Of a DNA stretch of 64,000 nt, positions 1-13,900 are shown one piece after another. Source of the stretch: Saccostrea cucullata. Its lineage: Eukaryota. Both the position numbers and the translations under genes were made by a program. The stretch lies in the NCBI RefSeq assembly GCF_032062105.1, contig NW_026939923.1:1-64000 (forward strand), read 5' to 3'. The number at the start of each line of letters is the position of its first letter. Positions within the stretch are counted from its first letter, which is position 1. The notes below the pieces were generated by a model that saw nothing but the letters and a program-made list of their open reading frames with translations, was not told where the DNA came from and ran no database searches.

Positions 1-282
1 CCAAGAGATTTAACACTTTTAGTTGCAATTTTTACACCGTATAGATCGTTATTATTGCAATACTCATCAATTAAGGAACCAGTTAAGATACATTCAGTTT
101 TAGATAAATTACATTGTAAGTTTCGGACCAGCGTCAAATGCTTTTTTTCGAAATCTAAGAATAACAATATGCCATCAAGATCGTGATTCATACAGTGCTC
201 GTATATATCAAGTATCAGTCTCGCAATTTCTCCAATATATCTTCCTTTGATATATGCACTTTATTCTTTTCCTATGATTTTT
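1..282 (-). mobile_element. Tx1/L1-type LINE ORF2 relic (RT N-terminal part), cut by the window edge
   Basis: Near-identical to 22282-22556 and 26861-27135; encodes AYIKGRYIGEIARLILDIYEH...LFLDFEK. Confidence 0.9.
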
Positions 283-3113
283 TGATAGGTTGGGATGTAA
301 AGATTATTTAAGATACGATTTTTTTCAGGGGCGAAATTCACAAAAAAAAAAAAAAAAAAAAATTAGGAAACCTAATTTTGATAATGTGATTAAATTTTAT
401 GCCAGACAATTTTATGGTCAGACTAGCTCAGTTAGTATATGTGCTGACTCTTACACTATCCATACTCTCTTTTTAATGTCGGTGGTTCGAATTCACCTGG
501 TATGACACTTTTCAAGTTTTCATTTTTCGCCTTTCAAAGACTATTTAATTTTTTTTATAGTCTTGTGCATTTTCTTTCAATTATCTATCCTTTATGCCTG
601 CCCATTCATAATATAAGAAACACTAAAGACAGATCAGATCGTATCATTCCAATATACAGTTGTTAGTCAGGCGGAACAATAATGCTTCTATGGCAAATGT
701 CTGTATTTGGTCTCTGCCGAATTAGACAAACGAGACTTCACTTACATCAGCTGTTTGTGACTTGACATGTGTAAAATAAAAAAAAATATGTACGGCTACA
801 AAGATTTTCATTGTAATGAACGATATTCGGATAATTGATCACTATGAAATTGATTGTTTTCTCCTGATGACAAAATCCTTAACCTTAAAAGTGCTGGAAG
901 CAAGTTCCCTATGCCTGGATTTTATATAAAATATAGCCGCCTTTTGATAAACTTTGTACAATAAAATTATTCGCATTTAAATTATGTAAAATTCGGAACA
1001 AAGGAACAGCACACATACAGCTTGCTCCCAGCACTTTTCAAAATGCATGTAGTACGGACAACAGCTACATGCGTGTCTAAGAAAAATTACAATTTATAGT
1101 GAAGCGGATATCGTTAAAGTTTTGATATCTTCAAAGGGTTGTGTCCATATAAGGCCTATTCTTTTTCGATATAATTAGTTTAATATTGGTTTAATGCATT
1201 CAAGAATATGATTCATTTCAATAACATAAAGCTTATTGCCTGACGTCACGGCGTCAGACACAACTAAGGATCAATATTTCCGATGTGCGAAGCTCAGAGG
1301 TCACTGTTAGCCAGCAAAATTTTGTGCATGCTGATTATCATCGGATTTTGTTACTTGCGTTTCAGCAACAACAGTTAGCAGAAAAATAACCATATTGCTG
1401 ATACAATAAATTGATGTATTTATTTTCTTTAGCTTTTTGATAGCAGCTATTTTTTCATGCACGTTCTGATAGGCCATGTCCGTTTGTCTTTCTTTCTGCG
1501 TTTCTATACAACTGGATTAGTCCATCTGTCTTCTAGGTAAAGGATGACTCAATCATTTCGCGCCAAAATGTCACGTGTAAGCTTTGCGCCCTTTTCCTGG
1601 ACTAGTCTATTGAATGGGAATGAAAACTGCATGAATTATATAAAGTCTGTTCCTTTATGTCGGAATCCTTGTAGAGCTTTGGAAAAAAAAAACATATCGG
1701 TGATATTATGAAGTGAGTTAGAAGTTACATCATTTAAAGTAATAAAAACGAAACGAACAAATGGACAGGATATGTACTTGCCAAATATACATCTGATAAT
1801 ACCCACGCCCCCCACCCCCACCCCCCCCCCCCCCAAGGGGTTATTCTCCACAGAGTAAAGACTTATGAAAGTGTCCTCTCACATTTTAAAATTGAGAAAG
1901 TTTATTCCTTTTTTGCTCGTACAAATGTTTTTGATGTGGACCCCTCATCCCTGGGAAAAACTTCCTGAATCCGCACCTGTCGCCATTCATATATCGCCGT
2001 CTTGTTTGTTGGGTCATTTGAGCATATAGGACTTTAATTATTTATCCCACGTTTCCAACAATCGTTGATGCTCTGTCAAACCCAAGAAGGTATTTAACAT
2101 ATTCTGCATGTCAGTCATAACCGTTACGATTCCCAATTTCTTGTAAATATCATATTTTCAGCTGTCTTCCTCAAAGCCTATGCTGTATATGCAGTTAAAT
2201 CTAATTTATGTTACCTTTACATGTAGCCATGCTTTCCAGCATTAATCAATTACATTAGTATTTTCCCTCATTTACTTCGTCCTAGCTCTAAAGCCATTTT
2301 TAGACTCGCAGAGTGAGTTGTTCATTTTTACGTCGCGGGTTCGAATCTACAGCGGGACATGTACACGATTTTATTTTTATTTGAGATACAAACAATAAAT
2401 ACGTTTTATATAAAATGTGTTCTTTTTCCATTCCTTTGATGAGTATCATACAACTTAAAATGAATGCATGATGTTTTGTGCAACACCTTCATAATTTACT
2501 CTTGTGAATTAATTTATCACCCTCCCACCTTTCCTCAATGTAAACGTTTATAACATATTATGCTTATAGGTTCTGTAGATATTGATGGCATTAGTCAGGC
2601 AAGCCTTTTTAAAAAGCTGTTACTTGTTTTATTCAAATGTTCATCAGTACAAGCTTCAATAATCAATTATAGCCTGATCTACGTGTCATGTATAGAGACA
2701 CTTGGTGTGAAACTAGTCTGAGACCTCATCTCAGACAGTAAAACGATAGCAAATTAGCTTTAATTCTACATTTAAAAAGTGTAGTAACAATAACAAGGTA
2801 AGTAACTGTACACCGTGATTTTTGTTGACAATATTTATGAGAAATTACTGCATGTACCGGTCTAAGTGTATGAAAAGAAAATTTGTATTTTTTCGCCGCA
2901 AATCATTCGCACAGTACAATGGCGTCTAATCGCTTTCCCGAAGCTCTACGAAGGCTGATGTACCAATGTGAGTCTTTAACCTAGCTTCCGGGTTAAGTCA
3001 TGTGTTTTAAGGGTTTGACCTTAAAATTATAGGTGCTATGTCACGGAAGGCACTGGCACAAAAAAGAACCTTCACTGCTCAATGGCCCTAAGGGCCGAGT
3101 ATAGGTCAAAATT
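283..3113 (+). repeat. Array unit U1 (5'-truncated form)
   Basis: Colinear with U2-U5. Contains a tRNA-like A/B-box segment (417-506), a MITE remnant (~1800-1980), a splice donor at 2798 and a truncated SINE at its end. Confidence 0.95.
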
Positions 3114-4163
3114 CTTATTTTACCAGTTTTTTTTCACAATAGAATTTTGTAAAACAAGCCAATTTTTAACATAAGATTTCAAATTTTCTTCTGACATTCT
3201 TTCATTATTGAATCGACTCTTCATTTTATATTTATAGATTGTAAAACAAATAAATGAGATAAGATTATTCAAAATACATGTTTTCTCTGATAAATCACCA
3301 AAAAATGCCAACATAATACGTTTGCATGAAACGTTAAATTTTAAAAATATACTAATTTTCCTCCACAAATATGTTGTAATGGTACAAGAAAATAAAAGAT
3401 GTTCACTATCTTCTGATACATTGCATAACTCACACATTGGTGATAGATCTTTATTCCATTTACTTACGCTTATATTAGTATTTAACAGACAATTAATCAG
3501 TTTATAATTGAATTCTGCAATCTTTTTGTCATACATATTACAAATTTTTGAAATGTATATATTCTTCCATAATGATTAATCTTCTATGTTGAAATACTTA
3601 TTCCACTTATTCTCATATATTGAATTCTGAAATTTGGATTGAACTAAGTCCGAATAATAAAAATCACTTTTTAAAGATTTGATCGATTTAAAACAATTGT
3701 TTCTAAACGAAAACGAGTCATTATTATGAATGTTGATATAATTGGCATAGGAACAATCAAGCCTTGATTTAAAAGGTCTTAATATCTTTTTTTAGAATAA
3801 TATATTCACAGTAAATATTGTTTTTACATTTTAATTTATCCAAAAAGTAATCCATTGCATGTATTTCACCGTTTTCATCAAAAAGATCTTTTACATATGA
3901 TATACCACTCTTGATCCATTGTTCAAAACATAATGTTTTAGAATCATATCGTAATAAATTATTGTGCCAGATAAATTGGGATAAAAATTCTTCCTTCAGA
4001 ATTCTGTTGTTTTGTTTGTTTGTTTGTTTGTTTTTTTTTTTTTTTGCACTTATTAAACATTGAAAATACTTCCACATAAAACTGTGGGAAATTAGTCAAT
4101 TCCCAGAATTTTGTATCATTCAAATTGCAACTCGTTGTTTTAATGATATCATTTATAGATAAA
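3114..4163 (-). mobile_element. Tx1/L1-type LINE ORF2, C-terminal part (zf-RVT, CxxC..E..EH), frameshifted; continues at 15272 after two insertions
   Basis: ORFs 3120-3536 (CELCNVSEDSEHLLFSC), 3769-4077 and 3959-4186. The uninterrupted copies read ATAGATAAATTACTATTTTCC across this junction. Confidence 0.92.
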
Positions 4164-5090
4164 GAATAAAAGTCGTTATTTATCATAATCGGCCCTGTAA
4201 AAATATGAAATAATAAAGTGGGGTAATTTTTTGAATTTATGGTCTATAACATATGTCCAGGGCACTAACTTTATAAATTTAGTATAAATTTGGCAGAAAG
4301 CGCGCGCCATTGGTAACAGTGAAAGTCAAAACCGGGAAAGTATTCCGGAAATCTACAATTTTTTGCAAATTTAGTGTGTATCAACGCAGTTTTTAATGTG
4401 TCCGCATCCGAGTATGTATTCCAAACTTTTACAAATGCAAAATTATATCATAATCATTAATTTTAACGTTTAATTTTGACCTTACAAAGATGCGGACATG
4501 ACGAATTTTAATAATTTGTGTTTTGCAGATAAAGATAAATCATGACAATAATGACGTTTTTCTTCATCATGCTTATTTCACATATATATAGTGACATTTT
4601 TCTTCACGATGAATTGTATTTAGTGCTTTTTTCACAACAAGAAAACACTACAACGACTACTTGTTCATAATCGTAAATGTGTACTGAGTATATGTTTTTT
4701 TAAAATGTTTACCTAGGTAAATTTATTATATATCTGTACATGAAAAGTCATAAATTACATTGAAATATCATAATGAAACTTTTGTTTAATGAATCCAAAA
4801 TAATCACTCTGATAATGAAGTATGTATGTTTTTCTTTAATTTTTTATAATCAATATTTAATCGCACGAAAAATAATAAATTGCGGCATTTCCAATGAATA
4901 ACTTTTCAATTACGTTGAATTTTAATTACAACGGCGTGTTGATGACGTGAAATTCCTAAACAAAATGACGTCATAATATAGCCTAAGGATTAGCAACTTA
5001 TTGCTGGTACATGTGCTGGATTGATGGGTGTAAACAGAAGAAAAAAAATTGTTAAAACAGCCTGTGGTGTTTCAGGTCGATAAATCGAGG

Positions 5091-5131
5091 GAGAGAGAGA
5101 GAGAGAGAGAGAAAAAAAAGAAAGAGAGAGA
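5091..5131 (+). repeat. (GA)n microsatellite, interrupted
   Basis: GAGAGA run seen directly. Confidence 0.9.
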
Positions 5132-6310
5132 TGTATGTGCCGAGAAATGATTCTTGATCTGTGATTTTATACCAACATATGTAAATAAGAAATATATACA
5201 TATAGCCTATATATATTTGAACATGTTGTAAGACTGTGGTATTTACATCTATGCATTCTACTGTGTTATAAATGTTTATAGCATTCAGGAATAGGGGCCT
5301 ATATTCCGCGTTCCAGATCAAGAAAGAATACTATAGTATATATCTCATATACATGTACATAATAATTTTTGGAAATATTCACATGCACACACATCTTCTT
5401 TGAGTAAAATTGAGCATCGTAAGGCCAAATATAGGAATGATTAAATATTATTGCACACTAATCCTTCCGATACACGAAATACAAGACATGTGGAAAAGAC
5501 ATGAAAGTATTAAATTTTGTAAACAATAAATCATTTGTTTTGCTTTTTACTCTCTTAGTTTTGGTCTTATTGAAATAATTTTTTTTGTTGCCACGGTCAC
5601 TGAAAGTTGTGCGGTTTGCTCTTACATAACAGCTGAAAACGTATCATTAAAAAAACAAGATATCTTTCACCTAGTATTACCGTTACGTGTACGTTTTGAA
5701 TTACTGAAAAATGGTAACACGAAAAATAATACATTAATTCAGTTTTAGTTATTGATATTACATGTGGTACACGCAATTTTATAAGTATTCAAATGCCCAA
5801 AAAATCTGTTTGACTATAAAATAATATGTTCAATTCGGTCAGAGACGTAGATGTAGCATCGTTTTTGAAAGGGGGAGGAGCAGCCAGAGAAAAAAAATGA
5901 ACTTACCTCAATAATTTTGAAAAGTAAAAAGAAAAGATAAAAGAAAAAAAAAGGATAAAATTTTCAAACTCGAAAAATCCTTTCTCGTTGGGGGGGGGGG
6001 GGGGTATAATTTTTTATTCACACATACTACTGGGGGGGGGAACTTCCGTTAACTTACCATGATGCTATACCTGCAGTTGAATATACTTTTGAGTGACAAA
6101 GATATAATTCAAAGATTTATAAGTTTGATATATAAGGGGTGCTTTGAGATGGAAAAGGGCTGTAGCAATCGCTAATGGTAAATCACCGATTAATGAAAGA
6201 ATTATGTCATTAAGCAGATTAGCATGTTCACTATTAATGCACTGATTTGAGACATAAAGCGTTTCATAGCAATGCTAAATGATATTTGTATTATTAAGCG
6301 GCGTTATATA

Positions 6311-6462
6311 CCGTATTAGTGGAAATTTTAGCGAGAGGCAAATTTAGCGATTCTTCCTTAAAAACTGGTATTTTATATTATATTTTATGTAATTTTAGCG
6401 ATCTCAGCACTCTCGCTAATAATTCTAAAATGAAATCAAAGCTAAAAAATCTGCTTATACGG
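6311..6462. mobile_element. Small Tc1/mariner-pogo-type MITE
   Basis: TA-CCGTATTAGTGGAAATTTTAGC ... GCTAAAAAATCTGCTTATACGG-TTA imperfect inverted ends. Confidence 0.5.
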
Positions 6463-9400
6463 TTACAATATGGCCCCCGGGGAGGGGGTTGTGTTTGGGC
6501 TGAATTCTCTCGGGAATATTTTGACACCCGAATGGATGTTAGTTTTCTTCATCTCACCAACGGCAGCAAGGTAGTTGGTATGTGTGCGCATGTCACGAGT
6601 GTATATTTTTGCGACACGAGGATGTTCCTAGAACAGGGTGCAGAACTGGGAAAACTCTGTATGCGATGCCTCTCAAGAAGTTGTAAACGACTCTGACAGC
6701 GACGTTAATGAAGATTATGATTCCGGAGACTTTTAATTGTTCAAATCATAGATATTTACAATAAAATTTGAATATCTATACTACATGTATGTGGCAACAT
6801 CTCCGGTCTAACTTTACGACAATGAAAATATAGTATACATATTCCGAGAGTGTATTCACTTACAAAAATCCTACAATGAATATTATATGTACAAATCATT
6901 ATACAATCGCTTTAATTCGCTTGGTACGTTGATTACAAATTCTTTCCAATCTTATATCTGGGATATATTTGAAAGATATGAATCGAACTACGAGTATTTA
7001 ATATTTAAAAAAGTATATTTAATGTGTTATATAACCATGTGTCCGAGCCTTCTGGAGAGACTTGAGAAAATGTGATTGTTTTTGCTTTACTGGAATGTTT
7101 TTGGTATTGTTTACGAATCTCAGTGTACGGATCTTAATTTACTTCGTGAAATTGTAACTCAGTATTTTATATTGAAATGTTTTTAATTTTTTAAAGATAA
7201 AATTATTTCGTGTTAATTAAAACTGCATATGTATTTTAAAAATATATTTTGTGTTTGTTATTGTTATGCAGAATTTTTATTTATTTATATAATTCAAGAA
7301 AATAAACTCTTAGTTCATAGATATTCTCTTCAAAAGACTTTATGCAATTTACGTTTTAGCAAAGACTTAATATGTATCGTAAAAAAAATTCAAAATCGCT
7401 ACACTGTATTTTAAAAGTTCAGGAAATAAAAAAATTCGGTTAGTTGGTTAACACAAACAAGAAAAGAAATATAGAAAATGCTTTACATATTAGAAAATTA
7501 ACATTTTTGAAAAATCAATATTGAAAGTTGCCGATAAAAAATTGATAACGGACCTAGGTCTTCGACACTTCCAGTGCCGAAATATCATTTTTGTCCTCTG
7601 ATAATTTTAATTACTTTTGACATCCTTTTTGGATACAATTTATACTATCATATACCAATTTTTATGGTAATAGACATAGGATTTATCATTTGAACAACTT
7701 TTTAATAAAGCGCATGGACATTTTATGTAACGCTGGGACATCATAAAAATGACGACATCGCCGTATATCTAGCTATATCTTCACGAACTATTTAACGTCT
7801 ATAATATATTGTAAGTATGATATCGTCATTATTCATATATTTTCCTTGCCATTGATATATAATACTTGATATCTTCTAGCAAAACCATCTCTGTAAAACA
7901 TTACAAATGGATGCTCCAATGCGAAGAAACACCAATATCGTGCGCGACGTCGTTAATTTTAGATCGCGACGTCGTTAATTTTAGATCGCGACGTCATGCC
8001 GTCAAGCAAGACTTTTGCTGAATATCATGTCATTTTTAAGAGGCTCCTGACGAAAAAGTAAAAGTGGTATTGGAAAAATTTAAACTGTTTAGGAAAATAT
8101 GCATTGTAGACACCTTTTGATAAATCCCTCATCAGATTCAATCACAGGGCCGATTATAAACCATAACGACTCTTCTTCTTACTATCACTGCTTGAAAAAA
8201 ACACCTTTACAAAACTTTACTTGCGAAGTAAATTTCATTAAAGGTGCTCCAAAAAGCAAGGTCATCTTTGTATTAACTTTACAAAAAGTAAAGGTGAAAA
8301 GGTGACCTTTACTTACACGAAAAGATAATTAAATATAACCTTTCATCTTTAATGCCATATTAAAGTTCATTAAATATACATATTTTATAAAAGTCTTATT
8401 TAAATGCTGACTATTGTTTAATACACTTATTCTTTGGATTTTCACAGTTAGTTTAAAGAATCTAATATAGTCAGTACCCAGAATTTTAAGACAAATGTCA
8501 AATATTTTTTTAATTATCTTGTATCCATTTCCAGTTGAAATTAGTATTAGAAATGGTCATCTACAGATTCAGACACTCAACTCATCATTATTTGACAGAC
8601 TACGCCTCAAATAATACAACACCTATGCTGTAAGCCAGGTTAGCTTAGTTGGAGCAGCTGGCGTTTATTTTGATATAACAATACATAAATATTTAACACA
8701 CATTACATTGAATGTGAAACAATAAAGCACTGCAATGCATTTGTAAAATATTTTACATGTAATAAATTGTATCCCTATCACTGACATTAAAAACCGCCCA
8801 GGCAAAAACCATAGATGGTTAACTATGGAAAACCTGTCCGTCGCTATGTAAATAATGTCTCAAAGGAGAATGCCGGACGTGCATTCGGTGCAATAGTTAA
8901 AAATTCACGAACATCCTATAATATTTCCATGTATGAAAAAATCCAAATTAAAATACATTTCAACAGTTTTGTTATTTCAATTACCAGTATATTTATACAA
9001 ATATGATATATATAAAGCAAAAAAAAAGTGTGTGTATTGAAGAGCACTGGCTTAGAATGATATGAACATATTACTGAATACTCATTTCTCATTGGCTTTC
9101 CTTTGGCCATGCCCACATATACAACCAAAACCATTAATAAACATTCCTAGCATACAATGTGTTCCCGCTATACTGCGAAACACAGGAAAAAAATATTATC
9201 TGCACCAGGATTGCCTACAACTCTCTCAATTGGATGGCATAGATCTTTAATATGTACACTGATATTAATGATAGAGTAATTAATAATATAACAATGGGAA
9301 AAATTGGCATATTGATATTTTTCATTTTTCAAACAAAAATGATCTAAAATATTCTGTATTTTGGCTTCTCATCATATGATGAGTCAGATATACAGCACAA

Positions 9401-9899
9401 ACAATATCCAATTATAATCTTGAATATAAACATTATATTGAGCTATCTTTGACTTTTGTTTTCCTTTAAACATTCAGATACATGTGAGAAAAAAAATACA
9501 GATGACAGGTATAAATTTCATATTTTTGCTTTTGAAATGGAGGTCCCATTTCACTTTAAAATATAATACCGGTACATTATTTATTCTTTATGGTGCATGT
9601 ACATATATAAAATAAACTTTGCAGTTTAAATTGAATTAAAAATGTGGAAAAAATTACATAAAAGGCTATTTGATTTGCGCTTATATACAGGCTAATAACA
9701 TCTTCAACTTGTAATGCAAAATGATGCATTTTACATATTCACAAACACAAAATATGGTGAAAAATCTAATAGAATAGATGCGGGGATGCAGTTTGCAAAA
9801 TGCATGAGATCATGTACGAGTCCAGCTTCACCCCGTGAGCCTGTCTGTGCTTGATTTAGTTTAGATTATGTTTTTATGTCTGTGGTAAATGTTAGTGTG

Positions 9900-10150
9900 T
9901 TTGCATATGTGTCCAGCTTCACACATTTTCATGTATGTGCTCGACTTCACACGCCTTGGAAAATATGTAATAGGTTGTGGCAGATGCATGTGTATTTGTG
10001 TATGTGTCCAGCTTCACACATTTTCATGTATGTGCTCGACTTCACACACCTTGGAAAATATGTAATAGGTTATGGTAGATGCATGTTTGCATATGTAACC
10101 AGCTTCAAGCATTTTCATGTGTGTGCTCGATTTACATGTCATAAATGTAA
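9900..10150. repeat. ~95-bp tandem repeat, about 2.5 copies, inside the CACTG element
   Basis: CCAGCTTCACACATTTTCATGTATGTGCTCGACTTCACAC recurs near 9913, 10008 and 10099. Confidence 0.8.
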
Positions 10151-10420
10151 AATATGTAACCATGGTGGTGTAAAACGTTTACAAGTGTATGATGCACAAA
10201 AAGAAAAAAAGCTCTGTGTGTTTTGTTCTGCAAATCTGCATATAAATAAACTACAATTATGTCCTGTTGAGAAACTGACAATCATAATAAGTAACATATT
10301 CATTTTACATAACTGTACTGAAAATTAAATTTGTGCAAAAACTCTCTGGGTGAATAACATTCAAAACCATGAATGCTTGCATGTTCATCTATAAATCTCC
10401 AAGATGTTTCCTAGTTAGTT

Positions 10421-10944
10421 TGTAGCTCCGCACCGGGCGGTCTTACAACACATTTCATAATGTCAGTTTGCATGAATAAATCAATTTATCCTTGTTTCTC
10501 ATATCTTGAAAATAGATGCCGAAATTCTAGTCTACAGTTTATTTACACAGCACATCACAAATAGAAACAATCGGGAAATATAATTCACTAAAAATAAAAT
10601 CCCAGTAAAATAATCACATGTACATATAAATTCAAGAAATATTAGGTAATATTCCAAGTAAGTAAGTAACTTTATCTATCTCTAACAGTTCTATCTACTA
10701 AGTCTTCTATATTTCCAACTTCCCATCTTATTCTAAAATTCTGTTGCACTATATATATACTCAAGATCCGCTCCTGACGATCAGGAGCACATTATAAGAT
10801 CCTTAAGATCAGGAATCAATACACAGGTCATTACAATCAGCAGGGGGTTATATAAGAGGGGGCGAATAATATACAGATAAGATGATAATGTGTGAACAAT
10901 TAAGTATTGAAGATATTACAGATAAGATATTCTAAATCGCTACA
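10421..10944 (-). mobile_element. Solo LTR (Gypsy-like), 524 bp, nested in the CACTG element
   Basis: TGTAGC...GCTACA termini; 4-bp TSD AGTT (10417-10420, 10945-10948); TATA-like run near 10750 and AATAAA near 10540 on the minus strand. Confidence 0.75.
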
Positions 10945-13900
10945 AGTTTACAAATTCTTGATCATATCATTGATAACAGTACATTTTCTTGATCATGACA
11001 TCTGTATTGGATTCCCGTCTCTGACATCTTTTCTTGTTCACCAATTAGTTCAACAGTCATCTGGGTACTCAGGTGTTGTACAAGTCCTAATAATAATCAT
11101 TTTCAGAATTATTAAGAAAAACAATACAATTTTTAAATAGGTTTTCATTACTTCTATTGAAATTAAAGCACAAGCTTATGAAGACATACTTAAGTAACTT
11201 AAAACATGTATAACTAAACATAATGGAAATTTAGACAAAGCGACTCAATGTCAAACATATGATATCATAGTGATACATCTGTAATATTCATGAAACTTAC
11301 TGAGATACTTAAAATGTTTGTGGTGTGCTTTCATTAAGCTTAGCAATATTTAAACATCTCTTGATTAAACGTTGAAGTCCAATCCTCACCTGACTTGCAC
11401 ATTCATATGGATTGATTCTATGTTGATAATCTCTTTCAACAATCTTCATCATAACATCTGAAAGTCATCCATCTTCAAATTTAAATCTGACGCTCACCTC
11501 TCAAGTGTATATAGACTCCCTGTACAAATGCATGGAAAATAAGATTTTGAATAAAAAATGAATTATCTCTTCACCATACCTGGCCTCTTTAGAAAATGTG
11601 AGGAAATAATTTAAATACTTTTCTTTAGATAAAATCATGTAGTGAGTATCCAACAATGTTAAAAAAAAGTTATCTCTAGAATTTTACATATATATTGAAT
11701 GAAAAATGCATTGTTCCCTCTACTTAAAAAAAATCAAAAGACATTACCTAAAATGGAAATAAGGTACAACTGTGACTGGTGTCTCAGGCACAACCAACAA
11801 ACACAAGACCTTTCCATCCTTAGCAATATGCATTAGCTCCACATTCCTTGCTTCTACAAAAAATATACAATGAAAATTGAAAAAAAAAATGAGAGCGAAG
11901 AGTGTTACATGTACTTGGGGGAACAGAGGAAGGAATTTTGAAGTCAGATTAATTATATTTCTGCCAGTGTTGGGACGGATAAATTTCCATAATAAAATGA
12001 AAAGAATTATTCGCAACAAATAAGAAACATGTATTACCTTGCAGTCACCGGCCCACATAATGTCTACAACTGACAACATCCCAAATCCCTTTCTTTGTTG
12101 TTTACTTGGCGGAATTTTCTTTGCCTTCTAGACTGGTTCCCTGCTCTGGTTCCCATACATTGCCGTGAGTAAGTCCTACGTTTATTGGTTTTGTTTACAA
12201 GCTTCAACATCAATAAAATCTCCAGCACATTTACAGCCTGTATTGTAAACTACACTGAAAACATACTTTACACACAATTTTCAGCTCAGTATTATGTTAT
12301 CCTTTTCATTCAAGTAATATGTAAACTCTTCTCGAATGTAAAACGAACGATCTACTCTGAACAGTAACCCAAATATGGCACTGTGTATTCGGTTGAATAG
12401 CCAATCATTTCAAATCAAGTTGAGCGGGTCTGCATCGTTATTTTGACGAAGTTTGAAACCAGTGATAATTTTTTGACACTTCATCTAGATTTAAGAAGAT
12501 TCTTGCCTTGACAACTGCTCGAACTCCCGGGTTGGCATGCTCTAAAGGTTTGTTTACGATTTCCAGCCGTTTTCACTCTCACTTTCAGATCAGTACATTG
12601 TGCATGTTGTGAAAGAATGAAACTAATCAAAGTCACACAAAACGACGCTTTGTATGTTATTTTCTGCTAGGATATTAGATAAGTATTTTTGATAATTTGG
12701 GGATTAAATGTTTATAGCGTTATTTTATTCTGTAAAGGTGTATGAATCATAGGGGTTTGTCTTCCGGATTGATAAATTATGTAAAAATTTTTTTAAATTT
12801 GTATCTATATTAAATACACTCTAAAAGTTGCTTTAATAAAGATTCTGATCAGGCAAGAAAAATAATGTTTTAAAAAAAAGTACTACACCCATATACATAA
12901 ACTCTCAACTTTGAGAGTTTATTTATTTTTATCATTTTGTATTTTAAACTGTGTCCATTTTCTTAAAACACAGGTATAGTGAATTCAGTATGCAGATTGT
13001 TGAAGAGAAAACATCAAGAGGGGGCGAGGAAGACAACAAAACATGATTACCCAGATTGAGGATCCCAGTGTTCTTTGGTACAAGCACATTTTAATAATAA
13101 ATTTCATGAAATCTGTTACTTGAACAAACATTTACATTATTTAGTGCTTGACTTGCTCGGGAGTCAATATCGTTATATATTTTTTTTTAAAAATGTTCAA
13201 TTTCATTTTATAGTCTCAAGCTACTCAGCCTACCATGAGAAAATTAAAAGATCTGTCATGAAGAAGAGGCGGGTTCTCACCTTTCGTATTATAAATGGCA
13301 AGTATTGTTTAGAACTAATTTTAGATTATTCTTGATAAAAAATAACATAAGGGTGTTTATCAATTCATAGCTATTATTTGTGATTGCATTGTGTATTAAT
13401 TTTCAACATCAATTCATTCTTTGGTGACCAAGTGCAGCGGTTTGCTTCAAACTCATAATTTTTTATAAAAATATTGACTATATTTGTCCATATGTATAAA
13501 ATTTTAATCACGGTATGAATTCTATTTCAGCATGATTGTCATCTTCAATTTGAGCGACTCTCACCTAAAGTCCTTTTACGGTTCCATATCAGGAAAAAGT
13601 TCATGAGTTGAAACATGCGATTGGGGAAAAAGGTACATATGTCCTAAACCATAACTTGAGTATCATTCTGTATACATGTACAGCTAAACTAAATACCCCG
13701 GGTATGTAGCACTATATTGTTCTCTTTGTAAACTGACAACTGAGTAGTCAGGAAACCTATGATTTCTCAATATTTCAGGGATTTATTCTTTGTTTCTGTA
13801 TAGTACCCTTAAAAAGTACATATTTCTCAAATTGTAATTTATAGGCTTTTTGTGATAAGGGATACATGACCTAACCCATTGATTCTTCATATAATATGTC

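Larger units (their letters stand above)
4164..8178. mobile_element. Non-autonomous TIR DNA element (~4.0 kb), no clear TSD, superfamily uncertain
   Basis: Left end GAATAAAAGTCGTTATTTATCATAATCGGCCCTGT is an imperfect inverted repeat of right end ACAGGGCCGATTATAAACCATAACGACTCTTCTTC. Removing it restores the LINE sequence ATAAA|TTACTAT. Confidence 0.8.

Noticed and set aside
417-506. Functional tRNA gene array
   Set aside because: No canonical anticodon arm, extra bases before the acceptor strand, and an internal TTTTT terminator.
1636-1851. Recurrent short ORFs (MENNPLGGGG..., MGCKDYLRY...) in each unit
   Set aside because: They recur only because the DNA is duplicated; they cross variable homopolymers and have no recognisable domain.
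9876-10328. Cys/His-rich 150-aa ORF as a zinc-finger protein
   Set aside because: Derives from a ~95-bp tandem repeat; no proper C2H2 spacing on either strand.
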